The notes under the pieces: generated by a model
Database searches by the model: none
Told to the model about the DNA's origin: nothing
Seen by the model: only the letters and a program-made list of their open reading frames with translations
Shown here: one piece after another, positions 51,246 to 61,515 of the stretch
How the letters are laid out: every line of letters starts with the position of its first letter
Position numbering within the stretch: the first letter of the stretch is position 1
Translations under genes and position numbers: made by a program
DNA from: Candidatus Moraniibacteriota bacterium
GTDB lineage: Bacteria; Patescibacteriota; Minisyncoccia; Moranbacterales; UBA1568
Assembly: GCA_016699425.1 (NCBI GenBank)
Contig: CP064975.1
Coordinates: 718,098-782,097 of the forward strand
Length of the DNA stretch: 64,000 nucleotides
Direction: 5' to 3'

Positions 51246-52925
51246 CTATTCTTCATCGACGAGTGTTCCTTCTGTTACGCGTTCCACTTCAGCAATCGTC
51301 GTGATACCTTTCAAAACTTTCAAGAGACCATCGATCTTCATCATAAGCATGTGCTGATGCACCGCCTCTTTTTTCAATTCATTCTCGTTCGCCGTCTTGT
51401 CCGTGATGATGATCTTTGCCTCATCCGTCACCTCAAAGACTTCATAAATAGCGATCCGGCCCTTGTACCCGGTCTGACCACAGACATCACAACCCTTGCC
51501 TTGGTACACCTTCAGCGGGGCCTGAGGATCCAGATCATAGGCTTGAAGTTCCGTCAGCGGAATTGCCGTCCGTGCGGCCTCCATCCGTTTCTGCATACCG
51601 GGCGTCAGTTTGACTTCCCCCTTGCAGCTCTCACAAATCCGCCGGACGAGCCGCTGTGCCGCCAGCGCCTGAATCGACGAAGCGAGGAGGAACGGCTCTG
51701 CTCCCATATCGATGAGGCGCGGCAAGGCCTTGATCGCGTCATTTGTGTGGAGCGTGGACAATACGAGGTGGCCAGTCAAGGCCGCATGGATCGCAAGCTC
51801 ACCGGTTTCCTCATCGCGAATCTCGCCGACCATGATGACATTTGGATCCTGCCGAAGGATGGAGCGTAGACCATCCGCGAAGGAGTAGCCGATTTCCGGT
51901 CGGATCTGGCTCTGATTGATACCTTCCATGAAATACTCGACTGGGTCCTCGAGCGTGATGATATTGCGCTCTTCCTGATTCAGGATCTGGAGAAATGCAT
52001 ACAAAGTCGTCGACTTACCAGAACCCGTCGGTCCAGTGATGAGGATGATACCATACGGCTCCTTGATTTTCCGTGTGAGTACCTCCCGATTCCGTCCCCA
52101 CAAGCCCAGCTTGTCGAGATCAGCCATGTTATTACTCTTGTCGAGGATTCGCATGACGACCTTTTCTCCGTCGATAACCGGCAACGTCGAGACGCGGAGA
52201 TCGATGGTTTTGTCTTCGGCCACCACCCGGAATCGGCCGTCTTGTGGCTTACGCTTCTCGTCGATTTTCAGATTGGCGAGGATTTTGATCCGCGAGAGCA
52301 CGGCCCGACCGACATCATTCGGAAAAACAAGTGTCGCCTTGAGCAGTCCGTCGACCCGAAACCGGACACGATAGTTCCCATCAACTGGTTCGATGTGGAT
52401 ATCGCTCGCGCGCCCTTCCATCGCATGTTTCACGATCACATCGACGAGCTTGGCGATCGGTGCGTCTTGGAACATCTCCGGCAAAGCATTGGCACCCGTT
52501 GCATCCTCCTGGATCTGAATCGCCGAATCTTTCTCCTTTTTCAGTGATACGATGGCTTCTTCGAGTGCCCGGTCTGTCCCCGCATAGGCCTGCATGAGAT
52601 CCTCGAACGTCGCTTGCGTCACGAGCGAGACCTCGATCTCGAGCCGTTCTTTCTCTGCGATGAAACGCAGCGCATTGAGTGCATCGAAATCCTGCGGGTT
52701 GACCATCGCGACCGAAATCACCCCGTTCTGACGATTAAAGACCGCCATCTGGTATTTCCGCGCGGTGTCCTCAGGGAGGATCGAGAGAATTGTCCGATCA
52801 ATAGTCGCCGGAGCCGCTTCCAAGAGTGGCACACCGAGACGCACGGCAACCGCGTGAATATCGGTCCCGGAAGTCAATCCTGTACCCGACGCGACGCCAG
52901 ACGCTTTGGTAGTCTCCGGAGGCAT
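51246..52925 (-). CDS. pilB: Type IV pilus assembly ATPase PilB (GspE family) with a tetracysteine Zn motif
   Basis: ILITGPTGSGKSTTLYAFL Walker A. CESCKGEV…CDVCGQTGYKGR. N-terminal GSPII_E_N-like domain. Confidence 0.9.
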   Translation of the reverse strand: MPPETTKASGVASGTGLTSGTDIHAVAVRLGVPLLEAAPATIDRTILSILPEDTARKYQMAVFNRQNGVISVAMVNPQDFDALNALRFIAEKERLEIEVSLVTQATFEDLMQAYAGTDRALEEAIVSLKKEKDSAIQIQEDATGANALPEMFQDAPIAKLVDVIVKHAMEGRASDIHIEPVDGNYRVRFRVDGLLKATLVFPNDVGRAVLSRIKILANLKIDEKRKPQDGRFRVVAEDKTIDLRVSTLPVIDGEKVVMRILDKSNNMADLDKLGLWGRNREVLTRKIKEPYGIILITGPTGSGKSTTLYAFLQILNQEERNIITLEDPVEYFMEGINQSQIRPEIGYSFADGLRSILRQDPNVIMVGEIRDEETGELAIHAALTGHLVLSTLHTNDAIKALPRLIDMGAEPFLLASSIQALAAQRLVRRICESCKGEVKLTPGMQKRMEAARTAIPLTELQAYDLDPQAPLKVYQGKGCDVCGQTGYKGRIAIYEVFEVTDEAKIIITDKTANENELKKEAVHQHMLMMKIDGLLKVLKGITTIAEVERVTEGTLVDEE

Positions 52926-52934
52926 GAGGGTTCG

Positions 52935-53726
52935 CTACTCAAACGGATTCGGTCGGCCGCTCGTCCCACTGTCAAGCAGTGGCAGCGGACTCGTGACGAA
53001 AGTAAGCGCGTGTTCGGCGGTCTCAAAGTCCACAGCCGATGATTGAAAAATCGGATCTACCAGCGGGTCGCTCGCCTGTTGTGCACCGACGTACGGGAAA
53101 TTCGCTTCAAATGTCCCAATCAGAAAGTTCTCTTGAATCCCCCGAGTAATCTCTTCTTCCGTCTGACCTGCATCACGTTCACGCTGGGTGATCGCGAACT
53201 CAGCCGTTTCATGCAGCCGATCAGCGTGATGGATCCGATTGAAGAAATCCTTAATGTTTGGATAGGCACCAAGCACCGCCACCGCTGCTGTGTAACCCTG
53301 AGGCAGTGCGAGTGCGGCAGTCTCGGCATATACTGTCGCCTGCTCGGGAGTCATGCCGCTGTTGATCGCCTCATTATAGGCCTCATCAGTCGGGTGGGTA
53401 ACCTGGTTCTTCGTGATCTTGACACCGGTCACGATGAGACCGGACTGCTGCGCGAGAAAATTGAACATATCAACGACTCGTTCCTCATCGAGCGCTCTCG
53501 GATAGTACCGATCGACGAACGACACCGCTTCGTCCCGACTCGCAAGTGCTTGACCAAGTGCCTGGATATTTCCAGAAACAGCGTCTACTTTTGCGAGCTC
53601 GGCCTCAGTCGCCACGATCTCATCTCGCTTGGCGAAGATATCACTCGCATCCGGCTTGATGTAACCGATTACGAGTATCACGTCCAAGATAACAAACACT
53701 GGAAGGAGGAGAATTTTCAGGCTCAT
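52935..53726 (-). CDS. pilO: PilO-like inner-membrane pilus alignment protein (N-terminal TM plus coiled coil plus periplasmic domain)
   Basis: Its position between pilN and pilB, an N-terminal TM and a coiled coil. Assigned by context and topology. Confidence 0.5.
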   Translation of the reverse strand: MSLKILLLPVFVILDVILVIGYIKPDASDIFAKRDEIVATEAELAKVDAVSGNIQALGQALASRDEAVSFVDRYYPRALDEERVVDMFNFLAQQSGLIVTGVKITKNQVTHPTDEAYNEAINSGMTPEQATVYAETAALALPQGYTAAVAVLGAYPNIKDFFNRIHHADRLHETAEFAITQRERDAGQTEEEITRGIQENFLIGTFEANFPYVGAQQASDPLVDPIFQSSAVDFETAEHALTFVTSPLPLLDSGTSGRPNPFE

Positions 53727-53737
53727 AGAGTGGTGAA

Positions 53738-54289
53738 TTAAAAGGCGGCTGAGGAAGGGGCTGAGGTGAGTGGCAACAGGAGCTCGAATTCAATCTCTCC
53801 GGTATCGTTATACTTCACGCTCTCGACATGGACAGCTGTGACTCCCTTCGCCTTCTTGTAGGCGAGCATCTGTTGTGCCAGATATTTCAGATTGGTTGTC
53901 ACTCCCTGAACGCCGAGCTCAGCCTCAGCTTGATGTCGGGCATATTCTGTCAGACGGATCGTCGGGAGCGTCATCTGCTCTAGCTCTCCCAGCACGTCGA
54001 GTGGATCGGGGTTCTGTGGAAGATTCGTCCCGATCGCTGTCATGCGGACATGGAAATCCGTCACGACATCGGCATTCGCCCCCTTCAACTTTGCGGTCTT
54101 TTGCTTTGACTCTGCTTGAAGTACAGACAACTCCCCACCGAGCGTGCCGAGATACCAATGGAGCCCGCCGTACAGACCCAGGACAGCGAGAAAAATCACA
54201 ACATTAATGAGAAAGCCTCGATCGAAAAAACTGCCCCGAGCGAGAGCCTGCTTTTCCTTGATAGACTGAGAGAGATTGATGCCAGCCAT
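53738..54289 (-). CDS. pilN: PilN-like protein
   Basis: MAGINLSQ N-terminus followed by a single TM, immediately downstream of pilM. Confidence 0.6.
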   Translation of the reverse strand: MAGINLSQSIKEKQALARGSFFDRGFLINVVIFLAVLGLYGGLHWYLGTLGGELSVLQAESKQKTAKLKGANADVVTDFHVRMTAIGTNLPQNPDPLDVLGELEQMTLPTIRLTEYARHQAEAELGVQGVTTNLKYLAQQMLAYKKAKGVTAVHVESVKYNDTGEIEFELLLPLTSAPSSAAF

Positions 54290-54312
54290 GGATATTGTGT
54301 ATGTATGTGTTT

Positions 54313-55389
54313 TTATTTTTTCTTGAGTATTCGATTCGCTCCCTGAAGCGCGAGCCCAAGCGCCACCGAAAACGATGTCCCCATTCGGTTGATGGCTCCC
54401 TCAAGCTCCGGCGCATAAGTGACCCGCTTCCACGGGTTACCAATCGTGACTGGTAGATTGAGCAGCCCGCTATAATACGCCGTGAGACCAGTGAGGCCAG
54501 CTGTCCCACCTGAAAGAATTATACCATCAATCGGGCGATCCGGATGTTTCAGCCGGTGCATAGAGATAATCCGTTCCATCTCCGAACCGATAGCCTCGAG
54601 CGCCGGGAAGATAAGTTTCGTCCCCGGAGTGTTCAAATAATCTTTACTACTCTTCTTGAGTGCTTCGGCTCGATCCTCGGCGATATTGAGTCCCTCGGTC
54701 AGGGTACGTGTCACATCTCGTCCACCGACATCGAGGTTGCGACTGACCTTCACCAGACCATTCTCAACGAGCACGAGGTTGGTCGCTCGTGATCCGATAT
54801 CCGCGACGAGATACACGCCCTGGTCACCATCGACGACGGAACGTACCATGGAAAAAGTCTCGAGCTCAAGAAGCTGCATATCGAAACCAACCGACTTGAT
54901 ATAACTCTCGTACCGTTCGACTTCTTTATTTCGAGCTGCGACGAGGAGTACTTCCACCCGATTCCTACTCTGGTCACCTTGGTTCGCGCCGGGGACAGGA
55001 ATTTCTCCGACGATTTCCCACGACAGTGCCACGTCCTCCAGGGGCGACGGGATGTATTTGTGTGCCTCGAATTGAATCGCTTCCTGCAACTCCTTCTCAC
55101 TCATTTTTGGAAACTCGACAAGCGCCACGAGACCAATGAAGGCTGGCATGGCGATATAGACCTGCTTCGTCCCAGGCTGAAGCCGGTCGAGCAGGGTGCG
55201 AAGATAGGTCGTCACCCGGGCATCATAGTTCCCCTGAGTATTCCCCGTTTCTTTCTCAATCGTCGAGAGATTTATTTCAGCGTAATTCTTCAGATGCACT
55301 TCCCCTCCCTCGACACTCAGCTCTACTGCTTTGATCGAAGACGTACCGAAATCGATACCGAGAAATGTGGGCTTGTTGAATCCGAACAT
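54313..55389 (-). CDS. pilM: Type IV pilus assembly ATPase-like actin-fold protein PilM
   Basis: LGIDFGTSSIKAVEL actin-like phosphate-1 motif. 358 aa. Confidence 0.85.
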   Translation of the reverse strand: MFGFNKPTFLGIDFGTSSIKAVELSVEGGEVHLKNYAEINLSTIEKETGNTQGNYDARVTTYLRTLLDRLQPGTKQVYIAMPAFIGLVALVEFPKMSEKELQEAIQFEAHKYIPSPLEDVALSWEIVGEIPVPGANQGDQSRNRVEVLLVAARNKEVERYESYIKSVGFDMQLLELETFSMVRSVVDGDQGVYLVADIGSRATNLVLVENGLVKVSRNLDVGGRDVTRTLTEGLNIAEDRAEALKKSSKDYLNTPGTKLIFPALEAIGSEMERIISMHRLKHPDRPIDGIILSGGTAGLTGLTAYYSGLLNLPVTIGNPWKRVTYAPELEGAINRMGTSFSVALGLALQGANRILKKK

Positions 55390-55744
55390 GTGTTTTTATT
55401 TCATTGCTACTATAGCACAACCTTGTTTTTTTTCAGAAGGATACATCGTTCCTGTAATGGAGAAACTTCAAGTCCAAGACTTACTTGTGCTACACTACCC
55501 AAAAACCCACCTCTCAAAAAAATGCCCCGCTCCCTTCTCATCTTCCTCGCTCTCTTCATTCTGGCTACCACGACCCTTCCCTCGTCCCCACCACGTCTCT
55601 CCACGCAGGCCTCATTCCTTGTGGCCTCTCCACCCCAGATCCCGATATCCTCGCTAGTACGGATCCTACTCAAGGCACATCCGTTGCACCCTCTGCCACC
55701 TGTTAGTTGGCTTAAGTCGCATCGTCGTCTTCCTCCGAAACATC

Positions 55745-57299
55745 ATGGCCGCAGTCGCGGTCGCCGTCTTGGTCGCGATGGCCATCATCTACCTCACCTC
55801 AGGGGGGAATGAAGGTCGCATGACCTTTGCCAAAGGAGGCATGTTCGCGGCTTTGATTGGACTCGGTGTCGTCCTCTTAGCCTGGGTCACGGTCAACTTC
55901 ATCTTGACGCTTCCCATCATCAATACTACAACCGGTCTCATCCGTACCGGTTGGGATACGGTGAGCTGTAGTACCACATCCCTCTCGACGGGAGCGGTGG
56001 CTACAACCACCCCCACCCCTAGTACGGGCGGAGGTGGAGCGAGTGGCACGGGTGGAGGCCTGGGAGGTGGAGGTGATCTCGTCACCTTGCCCAGAGATAC
56101 ATCCGGCGCGGTCATTGTTGCTCCCATCGCTTCGCCAGCGAGCCTTGGTGTGACGGCTCCGTCTGCTTCGAGTGCAATCCTCTCATGGGGAGCAGTGCCT
56201 GGAGCGACCGGGTATGAGGTGGAACGCTGTACGGGACTGACCTGTACCGTCTTTACCTCCCCTGGGTACGTCCAATACCACGAGTTTTACCGACACCACC
56301 CTCACTCCCGGTACCAGCTATTCCTACCATGTCCGTGCGATCACCTCAGCTGGAGTCTCAACCTGGTCGAATGTGGTGGGAGTGACGACGGTTGCAATCC
56401 CGAGTACAAATCCTGGGACACCGAGCACGCCAGGTATTCCGGGAACGCCGGGCAATCCTGGAAATCCGGGCAATCCAGGGACACCGGGCACCCCAGGAAT
56501 TGCCTGTGCCGCCCCCGGTTCGCCTCAATATTTACTGGACAAGAACTGGGTGAGTAATCGGATCAATCCGGATGGGACACCGATTCGGACAGAAGTATGG
56601 TTTGCCGGTAGCGCGGCCAATGACAACCTCTCGATGAATTTGCGGATTACCTGTCAAATGAGCGCTCTCGGACATGGCAACGACCTCGCTCCCGAAGTCG
56701 GTGTTCTGATTCGCAATGCGACGGCTTCAAGCTTTGATATCATTCCCAACTATTCCCAAACACTGACCAATAATCGTGGGTATACCTGCAATGTCCGGAC
56801 CGTCACCGAAACCGCCACCTATACCCCATTGTCTGATACCACGATACGACTGTTCGGGCTGGATTTCACCGGGACATGCATGGGAAGTAGTACTCCGACA
56901 CCGAGCCCGACACCGACTGGGACGACCATTCGGTTGACTCTCCCACAAACAAACAGCTCCTACAGCATCCTGTCACCCATCTATAGCAGCTGGAGCATCA
57001 CGGGTGCTCCGGAAAATTCACAGGTGATCTTGGTCAATACCCTGATCACTCCTTATGCAACTGTCACTGATGGCACCTATGGGAGTAATCGATTGATACA
57101 GTTGTCGCCAGGGGACAGTACTGGTTCGCATCAATGGCTTGTCGGTCCGACATATTGGAATATCCCCGGGGTGTTTGAGATGACAGCGTATGTGAGGCAA
57201 TGCAACTCAGGTGGATGTGACCGAGCTAATGTTTTTGGAGCTCCCGGACAAGGCATTGATTACGCACAATCAGCCACCGTACGCTACATAGTCCATTGA
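55745..57299 (+). CDS. Membrane-anchored surface protein with a Gly-rich linker, an FN3 domain, a collagen-like (Gly-X-Y)x9 repeat and a C-terminal beta-rich domain. Interrupted by a 1-nt frameshift at 56259-56266.
   Basis: ORF 55745..56557 carries the N-terminal TM helices and ILSWGAVPGATGYEVERCTGLTCTVFTSPG. The FN3 domain continues in the next frame (GTSNTTSFTDTTLTPGTSYSYHVRAITSAGVSTWSN) as ORF 56373..57299, followed by PGTPSTPGIPGTPGNPGNPGNPGTPGTPG. Confidence 0.55.
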
Positions 57300-57463
57300 C
57301 CCATTTCCCCTTGTTATTTCGAAGTCCGTACCGACGCTTCACTCTCTATATAATCGAGATATTACATGCCGGCATTACCGAGTTCGCTCGGCTATTCGTA
57401 TTCGATAAGGGTACCAGACGTGATTTACACTGGACCAACGCTAGAGCTTGGCTCAAGTTCACA

Positions 57464-57492
57464 TTGACAGTCCCCTCCCAACACCGTAGAAT
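57464..57492 (+). promoter_or_regulatory. Consensus sigma70 promoter TTGACA-17-TAGAAT upstream of clpC
   Basis: Hexamers at 57464-57469 and 57487-57492. The ATG is at 57504. Confidence 0.5.
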
Positions 57493-57503
57493 ATGCCTAC
57501 TCT

Positions 57504-60002
57504 ATGCTCACTCCAGCCTTTGGCGAAAAGCTCTCGTTTCATGCGCGGCACGCTCTGAAAGAGGCGCGTGACATGGCTCGGTATACCCGGACCACCGAGA
57601 TCGAACCGCGCCACCTCCTCCTCGCCCTTTCCCTCGAAGCGGGCAGCCTCGGCAGCATCCTCCTCGAAAATATCGGTTTCAAGAAAGACGCTGTCGGAAA
57701 GCTGTGTCTGAAGAAAGCACCCGCGAAGAAACACCTTGGTGGGTCAGAGTATTCGCCCGTCCTCTCCCCTGTCGCCCAGTCGATCGTGAAGCGTGCTTAT
57801 GTCCTCGCCAAAGAGCATGGCTATCCATACGTCGGGACTGAGCATTTGGTCGCGGCCCTCCTCGAATCCGAAGACCCATCACTCCTCGCCATCATTGAGA
57901 CACTTGAGGTCAGTGAAGAAAAAGTTCGCACGGCGCTCGACACCCATCTGCGGTTTGAGCACTTTCCCGAACTGGCTCGGATGTTTGATTTCCCCGATCT
58001 CCCACTGATCCGGGGCGAGATGCGAGAACGCGAAGGTGCCAATGGTGCCTCCTTCCTCGAACAGCACGCGGTCGAACTGACAGAGACCGCCGGGAGCGAG
58101 ACCCGCTTCGTCGGCCGAGAGCGCGAATTGGACCGACTCACTCATATCCTTGGCCGCAAAGAAAAGAACAATGCGATCCTCGTCGGTGACCCGGGTGTCG
58201 GCAAGACCGCACTCGTCACTGCCTTGGCGCTCCGCATGAAAGAGGGTCAGGCCGGCCCGGTACTGTCGGGGAAACGCATCTACTCTCTCGACCTCGCCTC
58301 CCTCGTCGCTGGGACAAGTTTCCGGGGTGAATTTGAGAATCGGGTGAAAGAGCTCATCCACGAAGTACGCCAACGCCCCGACGTCATCCTCTTCATCGAT
58401 GAGATTCATACACTCATCGGCACCGGCAATACTCAGGGCGGTTTGGATGCGGCCAATATCCTGAAGCCGGCCCTCGCGCGCGGTGAAATCCAAGTCATCG
58501 GCGCGACGACTTATTCTGAATTCAAGCGGCACTTTGAGAAAGACGCCGCGCTCGAACGCCGCTTCCAGCCGCTCCAACTCCCCGAACCGACGCCCGAGGA
58601 GACGCTCCAGATTCTCGAGCAAGCCCAAAGCGCCTATGAAGCTTTCCACGCCCTCGTGATCGATGCGGCCGCCCTGCGTTCGGCTGTTGATCTCTCGGTC
58701 CGCTATATCCCTGATCGCTTCCTCCCAGACAAAGCACTCGACCTCATCGATGAAGCCGCCTCGCTCGTCCGACACCGGAAAGCGGGTCCCAGCAAAAGTA
58801 ACTTCTCCACTCTCCTCGCCCTCGAACGTGAACTCGGTGAAGCCGAACATGAGAAAGAACACCTCATCGCTGAAGGCGCCTACGACGAGGCGGAGGCTTT
58901 GAAGCGATCCATCACCCTCATCCAGAAACGACTCCAGGACGTGACTGAGCATGCCTCGGCCGCCGAACCAAAATCAAAGCGTGCTATCGTCAAACACGCC
59001 GATATCCTGGAAATCGTCTCTCGAGCCACTGGCATCCCCTTCGCCCGGCTGTCTGAAGACACGCCCGCCGCTCGACTCGAGCGGGTAAAGTCAGCCCTGG
59101 GGACGAAAGTTATCGGTCAGGAGACTGCCAAAGAGAAAGTCCTCACGACTCTCGCACGTTCCATCTCGGGCGTGAATGACCCGAACCGCCCGCTTGGCTC
59201 TTTCCTCCTGCTCGGTCCGACCGGCGTCGGTAAGACGCATCTGGCCAAAGTCCTGGCTCTGGAATTCTTCGGCGATGAGAAGGCACTTATCCGCCTCGAT
59301 ATGAGTGAATTCATGGAGCGCCACTCGGTCGCCCAAATTATCGGCGCGCCGGCGGGGTATGTCGGCTATGGTGACGGGGGGAAACTCACCGAAGCGATCC
59401 GTCGTCGCCCCTACGCCGTCGTCCTCTTTGATGAGATCGAGAAGGCACACCCAGATGTCTTCAATATCCTCCTTCAAATCCTCGATGAAGGGGTGCTCAC
59501 AGATGCCGAGGGCCGCCGCGTTTCCTTCAAGAATACTCTCATCATCCTCACCTCAAATATCGGCACTGCGAGCTTCACCCAATCCGCCAAGGTTGGCTTC
59601 GCTGAGGCCGTCCCGGGGCGGGTCTTGCGCGCCGAATTCGAAGCGATCAAACGCGAAGTCCTCGAGGAGCTGAAGAAAGAGATGCGCCCTGAACTCCTTG
59701 GCCGTCTCGATCAGGTGATCGTCTTCAATGCCCTCGACCAACAGGCGATCGAACGCATCGCCACACTCGAGCTCGACCAACTGAAGGCCCGACTCGCAAA
59801 GCAAGGCATCATCCTCACCATCCCGACCGCGATCACTCGCTGGATTGCTGAAAAAAGCTTCGCCCCCGAGCAAGGTGCTCGGCTCATAAGGAAGAATGTC
59901 CAAGAATATGTCGAATCTGTCCTCGCCGAGCGGATGCTCGGGAAGCGACTCCCCAAACGACTCGCCCTCTCAATCCAACGCGGCACGGTCCTCGCTCGCT
60001 AA
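57504..60002 (+). CDS. clpC: ClpC-type AAA+ chaperone/unfoldase (two AAA modules, Clp-N repeats, short middle domain)
   Basis: Clp_N repeats. ILVGDPGVGKTALV (NBD1) and LLLGPTGVGKTHLAKVLA (NBD2). 832 aa. Confidence 0.85.
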   Translation: MLTPAFGEKLSFHARHALKEARDMARYTRTTEIEPRHLLLALSLEAGSLGSILLENIGFKKDAVGKLCLKKAPAKKHLGGSEYSPVLSPVAQSIVKRAYVLAKEHGYPYVGTEHLVAALLESEDPSLLAIIETLEVSEEKVRTALDTHLRFEHFPELARMFDFPDLPLIRGEMREREGANGASFLEQHAVELTETAGSETRFVGRERELDRLTHILGRKEKNNAILVGDPGVGKTALVTALALRMKEGQAGPVLSGKRIYSLDLASLVAGTSFRGEFENRVKELIHEVRQRPDVILFIDEIHTLIGTGNTQGGLDAANILKPALARGEIQVIGATTYSEFKRHFEKDAALERRFQPLQLPEPTPEETLQILEQAQSAYEAFHALVIDAAALRSAVDLSVRYIPDRFLPDKALDLIDEAASLVRHRKAGPSKSNFSTLLALERELGEAEHEKEHLIAEGAYDEAEALKRSITLIQKRLQDVTEHASAAEPKSKRAIVKHADILEIVSRATGIPFARLSEDTPAARLERVKSALGTKVIGQETAKEKVLTTLARSISGVNDPNRPLGSFLLLGPTGVGKTHLAKVLALEFFGDEKALIRLDMSEFMERHSVAQIIGAPAGYVGYGDGGKLTEAIRRRPYAVVLFDEIEKAHPDVFNILLQILDEGVLTDAEGRRVSFKNTLIILTSNIGTASFTQSAKVGFAEAVPGRVLRAEFEAIKREVLEELKKEMRPELLGRLDQVIVFNALDQQAIERIATLELDQLKARLAKQGIILTIPTAITRWIAEKSFAPEQGARLIRKNVQEYVESVLAERMLGKRLPKRLALSIQRGTVLAR

Positions 60003-60027
60003 GTGGTTCACCCTCAGCCGGCAATGG

Positions 60028-60717
60028 GTGGTTGATTTACTTTTTCCACTCCACTGCTTCGGCTGCGAAAGCGAAGGCACACTTGCCTGCCCGGTCTGCC
60101 TCAGTTCCATCCCAGAACGCGAGTTTCAAGAGTGTCCGGTCTGCCGCAAACCGTATCAGAAAAATGGCGCCACTTGCCGCGGCTGCCGACCACGGACCGC
60201 CCTAGATGGCCTCTTCATCGCCCGATCGTATCGCCATCGTCTCCTCCAAAAGCTCGTCTTCGCTCTGAAGTACCGCTTCATCGATTCGGCGGCCGATCCG
60301 CTCGCCATACTTCTCGCTGAAAGTATCGTTCATCACCCGTTTCCTCTCCCCGATCTCGTCATCCCCGTCCCGCTCCATGCCAGACGACTGCGTTTTCGCG
60401 GTTTCAATCAAGCTGAGGTGCTCGCGGACAGACTCATGGCCCAGCTCCTCCCCGGAACGCCCGTCCCCATGCGGTCCGATCTCCTCCAACGCATCCGCTT
60501 CACCAAGCCACAGATGAAAACCGACTCGAAACCGGAACGCTTGGCCAACTTAACGAACGCCTTCGCCATCCAACTCGAAACCGCCGGACCTGTCGTCGGG
60601 AAATACATCTGGCTCATCGATGATGTCGCGACCACTGCGACCACACTCGACGAATGCGCCCGCGCCCTAAAGGCTGCCGGAGCGAAAACCGTCTGGGGTG
60701 TCGTCATCGCCCGATAA
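60028..60717 (+). CDS. comFC: ComF family protein (ComFC; N-terminal Zn-finger plus phosphoribosyltransferase domain)
   Basis: LFPLHCFGCE…CPVCLS…CPVCRK…CRGC and YIWLIDDVATTATTLDECARAL (PRTase motif). Start assigned to the in-frame GTG just after the clpC stop. The track ORF begins earlier, overlapping clpC. Confidence 0.7.
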   Translation: MVDLLFPLHCFGCESEGTLACPVCLSSIPEREFQECPVCRKPYQKNGATCRGCRPRTALDGLFIARSYRHRLLQKLVFALKYRFIDSAADPLAILLAESIVHHPFPLPDLVIPVPLHARRLRFRGFNQAEVLADRLMAQLLPGTPVPMRSDLLQRIRFTKPQMKTDSKPERLANLTNAFAIQLETAGPVVGKYIWLIDDVATTATTLDECARALKAAGAKTVWGVVIAR

Positions 60718-60764
60718 GCCTCTCCAGGGCCGTGCTCGGCTGAGAGCTGTTACAATAGAGTGGT

Positions 60765-61499
60765 ATGACGTTCCTTTCACCAATCGGTACCGTGCTTCTC
60801 ATCGTGACGATCGGCTACGGCGTTTTCGTGTATCTTCGCGTCCATCGTCTCGTTGCGCGAAGTGCGATACTTGTCGAAGGAGCTGTTCCCTTTGAACGAC
60901 AATTGAGTCCGGCGGCCCCGAAAGTGCTTTTTGCAGGAGACTCAACCGGCGTCGGAGTCGGTGCGCTCGATCCTGCTCTCTCCGTCGCCGGCCGCTATGC
61001 CGCCGACTTCCCCAATTGGACAGTAACCAATGTTTCCGTTTCCGGGAGCCTGACTGCTGACCTCATTCCTATCCTTCGAAGCCTTCCCGATCATCACTTT
61101 CAGCGCATCATCATCCAAATCGGTGGCAATGACATCGTCCGTTTCTCTCTGCTTGCGCAGCTAGGCCAGGACATCGAAACCGTGCTCCGAGAAGCCCATC
61201 GCATCTCAGACCGTGTCGCAGGAGAAGTCTTCCTCCTCACTGCGGGCAATGTGGGTAATGCGCCGATTTTCCCCCGGCCATTCACCTCGATCTGGACGCG
61301 CCGGACGCTCGCTGTCCGTGCCATCTTCATGGCCGCCGCCGAGAAAACCGGCACTACGTATATCGACCTCTTCATCGAACGTCCCGAGAGCGATCCCTTT
61401 GCACTCTTACCCTATCGCTATCATGCGACCGACCTCTTCCATCCGAGTGCGGCTGGGTATGGCCTCTGGTACACCCAACTGAGGCAGGCCGTCGAATAA
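60765..61499 (+). CDS. SGNH/GDSL-family hydrolase with an N-terminal TM anchor
   Basis: VLFAGDSTGVGVG (block I GDS) and QIGGNDI (block II). Confidence 0.7.
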   Translation: MTFLSPIGTVLLIVTIGYGVFVYLRVHRLVARSAILVEGAVPFERQLSPAAPKVLFAGDSTGVGVGALDPALSVAGRYAADFPNWTVTNVSVSGSLTADLIPILRSLPDHHFQRIIIQIGGNDIVRFSLLAQLGQDIETVLREAHRISDRVAGEVFLLTAGNVGNAPIFPRPFTSIWTRRTLAVRAIFMAAAEKTGTTYIDLFIERPESDPFALLPYRYHATDLFHPSAAGYGLWYTQLRQAVE

Positions 61500-61515
61500 T
61501 AAATCGGTCTATTCT

